Part shown: positions 23,644 through 31,800 of the stretch, piece by piece
Layout: the number at the start of each line of letters is the position of its first letter
Position numbering within the stretch: position 1 is the stretch's first letter
From: Clostridia bacterium
Lineage (GTDB): Bacteria; Bacillota; Clostridia; Christensenellales; Aristaeellaceae
DNA: 32,000 nucleotides
Assembly: GCA_017549335.1 (NCBI GenBank)
Contig: JAFYVB010000006.1
Coordinates: forward strand, 1-32,000
Direction of reading: 5' to 3'
Program-made: the position numbers and the translations under genes
The notes under the pieces: model-generated
The model's database searches: none
What the model was told of the DNA's origin: nothing
Seen by the model: the letters and a program-made list of their open reading frames with translations, nothing else

Positions 23644-25044
23644 TTACATGTCTTCGATGGAGCCGCCGACGGGAGCGGGAGCAACTTCTTCGGTTTCAGC
23701 CGGGGCAGCGGGCGTCCAGTCTTCGATCTCATTCACTTCGGGATTGGTGGGAATAACGATCTCACCCATGCCGGTGAACGCAGATTCGATCATCTGCACG
23801 ACTTCGGGCAGCGCAGCGGAGATCTTCTCAATGAACTGCGGGATGCCGTTCATGAGCATATCGGTGGGCATGGCGAAGACGTCATAGACGTACATGGCGT
23901 TCAGATCGGGCAGGGCGGGAGCATCCACCACGGTGGTTTCGGCGGCGATGCTAACCATCGGCATTACCATTTCGCCCATTTCCAGATCCAGAGATACGGT
24001 GGTGTTCACAACCTGCGCATCGGTATCAGCATTGGCAGTTTCCTGCTTGACGTTGATGGCCATGACGGCGCCGCCCATGCTCACATACAGCTTGGCGGTT
24101 TCGGCACTTTCGGTCATGGCATACTTCATGCCCATCACGGTGCCGGCGGCAGTGCCTTCCAGAATAGCGGGGATCTGAGCGGCAATGTCTTCGGTCGCTT
24201 CATCGGCAATAACGTAAACCAGATCAACGGTCATGGCGTCGGTCATGGCGACATCCAGACCCATGTACAGGATGCCCATCATGGTCATTTCGATCTTCAT
24301 GCCGGTTTCGGTGGTGATACCCTTCACACTGCCCAGCACAACGGGTTCGTCAGCCAGAGCGGCGTCCATTTCGGTCTTAACAGCCTGCAGCTGTTCCGCC
24401 AGAGCGGGAACTTCTTCGCCTTCGGCAATCATGGCCAGCAGCATTTCGATCATGCCCAGAGTCTGGGGATCCTGCTGCAGACGGGCAACCCAAGCGTTGA
24501 CCAGAGTAGCAACATGGTGGGTGGTGATGTCCAGCGCAACCGTACCGGCGGCTTCATCGATCACCATTTCGCTTTCCATCAGAGCGGAGAGCATCATCAC
24601 GTCTTCCACGTAACCGGCCAGAGCACCGACCAGCTGTTCGCCCATGGCCATGCCCTGAGTCAGAGCCATCTGCACCTCTTCGCCCACCATTTCCATGAGC
24701 ATCGCAGCCAGCTTGGACAGATCGTACTTGACGGCGACGTTGGGATACAGGCTGGAGAAGGTCAGCAGGGCGCCGTTTTCATCGGCGGCCAGGCCGGTCT
24801 CAAGGAAATCAACGCCGTTGGCGCCGATGTTCAGCTGAGTCATTTCCGCGCCTTCCACCACGGTGAGGGTCATGGCGTTGATGGTTTCGATCAGCATCGC
24901 AACCGCCGGATCTTCGGTATCAACCAGCATGGGGTTGACGTTCACCTGCAGCACGGTTTTGGTTCCGTCTTTGGTGATCTCAGCCATGGCCGAGCAGGAG
25001 AAGATCATGGTGATCATCAGAAGAATTGCAATAAACTTTTTCAT
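23644..25044 (-). CDS. Secreted, methionine-rich, highly acidic protein of unknown function
   Basis: 466 aa with GGAGG 8 nt upstream. Signal peptide MKKFIAILLMITMIFSCSAMA. By hand count it has about 45 Met (about 10%), one Arg and no Cys after the signal peptide, with many Asp/Glu/Ala/Thr/Val. The C-terminal tail is Pro/Ala/Glu-rich (PAAPAETEEVAPAPVGG). Confidence 0.8.
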   Translation of the reverse strand: MKKFIAILLMITMIFSCSAMAEITKDGTKTVLQVNVNPMLVDTEDPAVAMLIETINAMTLTVVEGAEMTQLNIGANGVDFLETGLAADENGALLTFSSLYPNVAVKYDLSKLAAMLMEMVGEEVQMALTQGMAMGEQLVGALAGYVEDVMMLSALMESEMVIDEAAGTVALDITTHHVATLVNAWVARLQQDPQTLGMIEMLLAMIAEGEEVPALAEQLQAVKTEMDAALADEPVVLGSVKGITTETGMKIEMTMMGILYMGLDVAMTDAMTVDLVYVIADEATEDIAAQIPAILEGTAAGTVMGMKYAMTESAETAKLYVSMGGAVMAINVKQETANADTDAQVVNTTVSLDLEMGEMVMPMVSIAAETTVVDAPALPDLNAMYVYDVFAMPTDMLMNGIPQFIEKISAALPEVVQMIESAFTGMGEIVIPTNPEVNEIEDWTPAAPAETEEVAPAPVGGSIEDM

Positions 25045-25114
25045 GGATATATCCTCCTTTTATGATTATAGCCAGCTTATTGTAATCATATTTTAGCACC
25101 TGTCCCACATTCTG

Positions 25115-26575
25115 TCAATCTGCTTTTCCCAATATGCGACCGACCAGCGCTGTCAAGGACTGCACAAGCTGCGCGGAAACGTCGGCAAGGTAGGTTTCAC
25201 GATCGGCGCGGGAAAGGGTATCCAGCACGGCGGCATTCGCCTCATCCGCCTCGCTCTGATGCAGCGCGGAACTGGTGTTGGCCTTGATATGCAGATTGAT
25301 CCTGCCGCCCGACACGGTATCTTCCCAAACAACGTCGGTTTCGATCCGGGCAGGCTTGGTATTGGACGCACCCGCCATCAGGTGCAGGTCGGCGGTGAAC
25401 TTCTGCGCATGGAAGGCGCCCTCTTCCTTGGGCTCAAGCAGCAGGGAAATCCCGAACTTCTGATCGCGTTCGCGGGATTTGTTTTCTTCGATATACTGCT
25501 CCGCACCCGCAGTCAGCGCAAGGGTATACCTGGCTTCAAAGGCTTTTCCTTCAGGCTCGGTCACCATCAGGATCTCGCCCTTTACGGTGCCGTTGCCGCT
25601 CTTGACCGCTCCGTTTGCAGTGATCTTCGCACGGCAGCCGTTTTCAAATACAACGTCCGCCGTTTTTTCTTTATCCGAAAGCACAAGGATGATCTTTTCG
25701 ATGCCCATGCCCTTGGCAAAGGGGAAGGTGATCTCTTCCTTTTTCAGTGCGCCGTCTTTGCCGTAGGTGCGCACAATATGAATGCTCTCCTCCAGCTGCA
25801 TGGCATCCAGAGACTGCATGAAGACGGGCAGCATGCCTTTTTCAAGGTAGGCAGCCGCATCCTGCGCAGGAACAACCTTTCGCAGCAAAGCCAGAAGCGC
25901 TTCGTCTTCGTAAATCTCATTCAGCGTCTTTTTGATCTGCTTTCTCAGCGCCGCTGCGGACACAGTGATCTCCTGGGTCATCTGCGCAGAGGTCATTTTC
26001 ACTTCGGTGTAACCCTGCAGCCACTTATTCAGCGACGTCATATGAGGCGCGATGGCATCGTCAAGCTGCGCGGCAAAATCTTCATCGGCAGAATACACCG
26101 TTACCAGCGTACGCAGGATATTGGGCCATGTGCCCTCCTGAGGACGGGTCAGGTTCATGTACGCCGTTTTCATATCCCGGGAGAGCGCCACGGTCTTTTC
26201 GGGGATCAGGTCGCTCTCAAGGAACCACTGAGCGCCCTTGCCCGTGAGCGTGAGGGCAGACAGCGCCTCGCCCGACTGGTTGAGCGTAAGCGTAATCTGC
26301 TGATTGCCCGCCGTCTGCCGGGACTTGCTCTTGAAATAGGTGGCTTTCAGTTCAAGGGAAGAGAGCGCTTCCTTGACTGCCGTCCAGACCTGTGCATCCG
26401 CAAAGGCAGGAGCATCGCCCTCAAGACCGGCGGTCACCGTCACCTTCAGGCTGGACTGGGCGTCCAGCTGGCGGGCGATCAGCTGGGAAATGGTGTAATC
26501 AAACACTTTCGCCTGCGCCGCAAGGGGCAAGACCAGCATCATGCACAGAAAGAAACACAGAATCCTCTTTTTCAT
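25115..26575 (-). CDS. Secreted protein of unknown function (weakly similar to the flanking genes)
   Basis: 486 aa. Signal peptide MKKRILCFFLCMMLVLPLAAQA. GGAGG lies 7 nt upstream. The ATG overlaps the upstream stop codon (ATGA at 26572-26575). Confidence 0.8.
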   Translation of the reverse strand: MKKRILCFFLCMMLVLPLAAQAKVFDYTISQLIARQLDAQSSLKVTVTAGLEGDAPAFADAQVWTAVKEALSSLELKATYFKSKSRQTAGNQQITLTLNQSGEALSALTLTGKGAQWFLESDLIPEKTVALSRDMKTAYMNLTRPQEGTWPNILRTLVTVYSADEDFAAQLDDAIAPHMTSLNKWLQGYTEVKMTSAQMTQEITVSAAALRKQIKKTLNEIYEDEALLALLRKVVPAQDAAAYLEKGMLPVFMQSLDAMQLEESIHIVRTYGKDGALKKEEITFPFAKGMGIEKIILVLSDKEKTADVVFENGCRAKITANGAVKSGNGTVKGEILMVTEPEGKAFEARYTLALTAGAEQYIEENKSRERDQKFGISLLLEPKEEGAFHAQKFTADLHLMAGASNTKPARIETDVVWEDTVSGGRINLHIKANTSSALHQSEADEANAAVLDTLSRADRETYLADVSAQLVQSLTALVGRILGKAD

Positions 26576-27795
26576 GGATGTTCCTCCGTCACAGTAAATT
26601 CGGGGTCATATGTAATGTAAATTTCCTTTTCCTCGCCTGTAAGATATGCGCTGCGGTTGAGATAATAGATCAGTTCTAGCCTATCTTCATCGGAAATGTT
26701 CTGCAAGGTTCTCAAAAGCCTTTGGGTGAGCCCGCGCTGCAGCGAAGATTCGTCCCCGCCGGCTGCGGGCATTGATATTTTCGTTCTTTCGCTGCGGCCT
26801 GCCGTCACTTTGCCGGAAAGTGCTCTCCTGCCGCCGTATTTCCAGTCAAAGGACACTTCGCCCGTCAGTCCGTCCGCCGTCTTTTTCAGATCGTGGGACG
26901 CCGTCAGCGACTGCTTCAGGGATTTCCCGTCGCGCTTGCGGGTATAATCCAGCGTTGTTTTACCCGTGACCGCGCCTTTTTGCTCCTTGACGGAGCCTTC
27001 CAGCAGGATCACGTCCTGATCGCCGTCCTGCCAGCGGCGGACGTCCGCCGATATGCTTCGGGTCTTTTTGCCGTCACGGTCGCTGATCTTCACCGTCATG
27101 GTGATGCGGATATTGCGGGTCTCCCTGGCGTTGGGACAGCGGAAGGCCAGATACAGCCCTTTTTCTGCGTCATAGCCGTATTCCAGCCGGACTTGACGCA
27201 CGTCGTTTTCGGCGATACGCACCTTCTCTGCGTAAAAATAACCGCCGATCTCGCTGCCGTCAGAGGCAAAATAACGTCTGAGGGTACCTTTGCTTTCAAT
27301 TTTTAGATCCGATACCCATTCGCCCAGAACTTCGGCGACCTTCGGCCAGATCTCCGCCCACTGATCGGCGGTCAGCGCGTAGGAAAGCTGTTTTTTGGCC
27401 TTGACGATATTGCCAAGCTCTGCCGTTGCCTGCGCGGATTTTTCGTATTTCGCCGCAAGGGCTGCAAGAGATCGCATTTGCTCCGTCATTTTCGCGGGGA
27501 GCGACCCGATATCACAGGTCTTTTGCTCGCCGGCAACAGCCGTTTTCCCGTCCGTGAGCAGCTGCTCATCGGCAGCCAGCAGCAGCGTATCCCCGTAATA
27601 TACCGCAGCCTGCGGATTTTCCTCTGTCCAAAGGGTCAGACGCGCTTTATCCAGCCATTGCGAAAGCCCGCGCAATGCGCCTTCGGACAAAATATCGCTT
27701 TTCTCCGCCTGCAGGCATAGATCATATCCCGCTGCCGATGCGCTGCCTATTGCAAGCATGAGCACCAGCGCAAGCGAAAGCCATTTTCTGATCAT
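26572..27795 (-). CDS. Secreted protein of unknown function (first gene of the three-gene operon)
   Basis: I prefer the ATG at 27795 (MIRKWLSLALVLMLAIGSASA, a signal peptide) with AAAGGA 7 nt upstream. The track start at 27822 and the ATG at 27810 are in-frame alternatives. The mature part is basic, Lys/Arg-rich and beta-rich. Confidence 0.75.
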   Translation of the reverse strand: MIRKWLSLALVLMLAIGSASAAGYDLCLQAEKSDILSEGALRGLSQWLDKARLTLWTEENPQAAVYYGDTLLLAADEQLLTDGKTAVAGEQKTCDIGSLPAKMTEQMRSLAALAAKYEKSAQATAELGNIVKAKKQLSYALTADQWAEIWPKVAEVLGEWVSDLKIESKGTLRRYFASDGSEIGGYFYAEKVRIAENDVRQVRLEYGYDAEKGLYLAFRCPNARETRNIRITMTVKISDRDGKKTRSISADVRRWQDGDQDVILLEGSVKEQKGAVTGKTTLDYTRKRDGKSLKQSLTASHDLKKTADGLTGEVSFDWKYGGRRALSGKVTAGRSERTKISMPAAGGDESSLQRGLTQRLLRTLQNISDEDRLELIYYLNRSAYLTGEEKEIYITYDPEFTVTEEHP

Positions 27796-27939
27796 GGATA
27801 TTCCTTTCATAGAACGGATCAATCCGTCCTTCTCTTCCGTATGCGGGCGGATTTGTCTTCCGGGGGCGGCAGCATACCTGCCCTTCTTCTCTATTATAAT
27901 GGAACAATCCCAAAATGAAAAGACAAAAGGAGCAATTCC

Positions 27940-28779
27940 ATGAGAATTAAACGTGTTTTCCGTCCCATTTTAGCCGGTGCAGCGCTGGGGCTGATGCTCT
28001 CTTTTCCCCAAAGCAGCATGGATGCCGCCCGAAATGCGCTGCTGCTGTTTTCAAAATCGGTGCTGCCCGCCCTTTTTCCCTTCACCGCCTGTATGCTTTT
28101 GCTCACCGCGGGACGGTCTTTTTCCCTTTTTCCGCTTTTGATTTTTGCCTATCTGGGCGGCTCGCCCGCAGGCGCGCGGCTGTTTGCCGACGCCCGGCTT
28201 TCCCCCGCGCGCGCCCAGCGTATCGCAAGGGCTACGGGGCTTATGAGCCCCTTGTTTTTCACGGGCACGCTTTCCGCCTGGCTGAATGATCCCAAAGCCG
28301 CCCTGCTTTTGCTTTTTTGCCATTATGCGGGCGGGATGCTGCTGCTTTTCCCTTTATCAAAGGGCGACAAAGAAAAGATCGCCCTTCCCCCGCTTTCCGT
28401 GGGCAGCGCCCTGCAGCAAAGCGCCCTCGCCATGCTGTCTGTAGCCGGGTGCGTAACGCTGGGCTCGGTAGGCGCCCGCCTTCTCTCCTGCGCGCTCCCC
28501 TTCCTGCCCCGGCTTCCGCTGGCGCTTTTACAAAGCGTTTTTGAGGTGACCTCCGGCAGCAAAAGCCTGATAAGTCTTTCTCCTCCCCTTCTTTTGCCGC
28601 TTTTGTCCTTTTTCACGGGCATGAACGGCTTTTCCATCCTTCTGCAGAACGCTGTCTGCTGGGGAAAGCACGGGATTTCCCTGTCCGATCTCCTTTTTTA
28701 CGGCATTTTACGAGGAATAATTTCTTTTTTAATATGTTTTATGATTTTGCTTTGCCATCCTGCGTATTTTGCGGTATAA
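27940..28779 (+). CDS. YlbJ-like integral membrane protein (nucleoside-recognition/gate-domain type), short form
   Basis: 279 aa with AAGGAG 7 nt upstream. It is polytopic. The N-terminus ..DAARNALLLFSKSVLPALFPFTACMLLL.. and the later FEVTSG resemble sporulation membrane protein YlbJ (recollection). It is about 130 aa shorter than Bacillus YlbJ. Confidence 0.55.
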   Translation: MRIKRVFRPILAGAALGLMLSFPQSSMDAARNALLLFSKSVLPALFPFTACMLLLTAGRSFSLFPLLIFAYLGGSPAGARLFADARLSPARAQRIARATGLMSPLFFTGTLSAWLNDPKAALLLLFCHYAGGMLLLFPLSKGDKEKIALPPLSVGSALQQSALAMLSVAGCVTLGSVGARLLSCALPFLPRLPLALLQSVFEVTSGSKSLISLSPPLLLPLLSFFTGMNGFSILLQNAVCWGKHGISLSDLLFYGILRGIISFLICFMILLCHPAYFAV

Positions 28780-28780
28780 T
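28752..28780 (+). promoter_or_regulatory. Sigma-A promoter of dnaE, embedded in the 3' end of the upstream gene
   Basis: TTGCCA (28752-28757), a 17-nt spacer, then TATAAT (28775-28780). The TAA stop codon of the YlbJ-like gene (28777-28779) lies inside the -10 hexamer. Confidence 0.6.
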
Positions 28781-28811
28781 ACTTAAGATACATAATGGGG
28801 GAGGTAGACTC

Positions 28812-31800
28812 ATGGCGTTTGCGCATCTGCACTTGCATTCGGAATACAGCCTGCTGGACGGCGCCTGCAGGATCAAAAAACTGCCTGCACTGGTCAAGGA
28901 GCTGGGCATGGATGCCTGCGCCATTACCGACCACGGCGTACTCTACGGCGTGATCGATTTTTATACCGCCTGCAAGGACGCCGGCGTGCATCCCGTCATC
29001 GGCTGCGAAATGTACCTGTGCCCCGACATGGACGACAAACAGTTCACCACCCGCGAATGGAGCCACCTCATCCTCCTGTGCGAAAACGAAACGGGCTACA
29101 AAAACCTGATGTATCTGTGCTCCGAGGGCTTCACCCGCGGTTTCTATTACCGTCCCCGCATCGATTACAAGCTGCTGCGCGAGCATCACGAAGGCCTGAT
29201 CTGCCTTTCCGCCTGCCTTTCCGGCGATCTGCCCAAATTCCTTCTGGATAACCGCATTGCCGAGGCCGAGCGCTACTGCTATCAGATGGAAGAGATCTTC
29301 GGCAAGGGAAATTTCTTCATTGAGATCATGGATCACGGCATCCAGGAAGAAAAGATCGTCCTGCCCCGCCTGATCGAAATGAGCGAGCGCACGGGCATCC
29401 CCCTTGTGGCCACCAACGACTGTCACTATATGCGTGCAAGCGACGCCGAAGCGCAGGAAGTGCTCATGTGCATCCAGACAGGCAAAACGCTGGACGATGA
29501 AAACCGCATGCGCATGGAGACCGATCAGCTGTATATCAAATCCGAAGCGGAAATGAAAAAGCTGTTTCCCAGTCATGAGGACGCCGTGGAGCGCGCCCAT
29601 GAGATCGCCATGCGCTGCCGGGTGAACTTTGACTTCGGCAAGGTACACCTGCCCAAATTTCCCATTCCTGAGGGCTATACCAGCGAAAGCTATCTGCGCA
29701 AGCTGGTGGAGGACGGCCTGAAAGAGCGCTATGATGAATTCGATCCCGTCGCCCGCGAACGCATGGATTACGAGATCAACGTCATTTCCACCATGGGTTA
29801 TGTGGATTACTTCCTCATCGTATGGGATTTTATCCGCTTCGCCAAGGAAAACGGCATCATGGTGGGCCCCGGCCGCGGCAGCGGCGCTGCCAGCATCGTG
29901 GCCTACTGCCTCAATATCACCCAGCTGGATCCCATCAAATACAATCTCACCTTTGAGCGCTTCCTGAACCCTGAGCGCGTATCCATGCCCGATATCGACA
30001 TGGACTTTTGCTACGAGCGCCGTCAGGAAGTGATCGATTACGTTGCCCGCAAGTACGGACACGATCACGTGTGCCAGATCATCACGTTTGGCACCATGGC
30101 AGCCCGCGGCGTCATCCGCGACGTAGGCCGCGTACTGGGCTATTCCTACGGCGATACCGATCATATTGCCAAGCTGGTGCCCATGGATCTGGGCATGACC
30201 CTTGAAAAAGCGCTGAATATTTCCACCGAGCTGAAAACGCTGTATGACAACGACCCCGCCATCAGGCGCCTGATCGATATGTCGCTGCTTCTGGAAGGCA
30301 TGCCCCGCCATGCCTCCACCCATGCGGCAGGCGTTTTGATCACCGGCGAGCCTGCGGTGAACTTTGTACCGCTGCAAACCAACGATCAGGTGGTCACCAC
30401 CCAGTTTCCCATGGGCATCATCGAAAAACTGGGTCTTTTGAAAATGGACTTTCTGGGGCTGCGCACCCTCACCGTGATCCGCGATACGCTGGATCTCATG
30501 CACGATCAGGGCATTGAAATGAAGCCCGAAATGATCCCCATGGACGATCCCAAGGTGTACGGCATGATCTCTCAGGGCGACACCGACGGCGTGTTCCAGC
30601 TGGAAGGCGGCGGCATGCGCAGTTTCCTTACAAACATGGAGCCCGAAAATTTCGAGGACATCATCGCCGGCATCAGTTTGTACCGTCCCGGCCCCATGGA
30701 TTCCATCCCCCGTTATATCGCCGGCAAGCGGGATAAAACCAGCGTGCGCTACGCAACGCCGCAGCTGGCGCCCATTCTGGACGTAACCTACGGCTGTATG
30801 GTGTATCAGGAGCAGGTCATGCAGATCGTCCGTGATCTGGCGGGCTACTCCTACGGACGAAGCGACCTGGTTCGCCGCGCCATGGCCAAAAAGAAAAAGG
30901 ACGTCATGGCCAAAGAGCGCAAGAATTTCGTCTACGGATCGGAAGAAGAAAACGTGCCCGGCGCCGTGTCAAAGGGCGTTTCCGCCGAGGTGGCCGAGCA
31001 TATCTTTGACGAAATGACGGCCTTTGCCTCCTATGCCTTCAACAAAGCCCATGCCGCCTGCTACGCCGTAGTATCGCTGCAGACGGCCTGGCTGAAATAT
31101 TACTATCCCGCGGAGTTTATGGCTGCCATGATGAACAGCGTGGTGGGTAACTCCGACAAGGTCGCCGCCTACATCCAGTACTGCCGCAAGAAGAATATCC
31201 CCGTCCTGCCGCCCCACGTCAATTCTTCCGACCGCAAATTCACCGTTGAAACCAACGCGCAGGGCATAAAATGCGTGCGCATGGGCATGAGCGGTGTGAA
31301 AAACGTGGGCAACCATGCCGTGGACGCCATCGTACTGGAAAGAAAACTCAACGGCGTCTATCACAGCGTGTTTGATTTCTGCCGCCGCGTCAACTCCGAG
31401 CACGTCAACAAGCGCGCCGTGGAAAGCCTGATCATGGCGGGCTGCTTTGACAATCTGAACGCCACCCGTCTTCAGTGCATGCGGGTATTTGACTCCGCCA
31501 TGGAGGCCAACGCCAACAAGCGCAAGCAGAATGTGGCGGGACAGATCTCATTGTTTGACTTTGGCGAAACCATGCAGGACGCCGCACTGCAGGATACCTA
31601 TCCCGACTGCGGCGAATACCCCTACAAGCAGCTTCTCTCCATGGAAAAAGAGATGACGGGCGTGTATGTTTCGGGGCATCCGCTGGATGAATACCGCAAG
31701 GAGCTGGAAGGCCTTGAAGTCAATACCGCCTATATCCTTGATTTGAAGGACAGGCCCGACAGCGGCATTGACGAGGACGGCAAGCAGGTGGTCATGGGCG

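Noticed and set aside
23528-23644. Upstream extensions of track ORFs: ribokinase to 23644, rubrerythrin to 21452, rplS to 10723, CPBP to 9464, LPXTG to 2831 and MBL to 8662
   Set aside because: In each case an internal ATG has a properly spaced SD and matches the family N-terminus. The extensions run through terminators or promoters, or start at a GTG or at an ATG that abuts the SD.
23894-26620. Plus-strand ORFs inside the secreted-protein operon (for example 24514-25065 and 25259-26620, the latter 453 aa)
   Set aside because: They are antisense shadows with no RBS or signal sequence and low-complexity G/H/R-rich translations. The minus-strand genes have GGAGG sites, signal peptides and a shared terminator.
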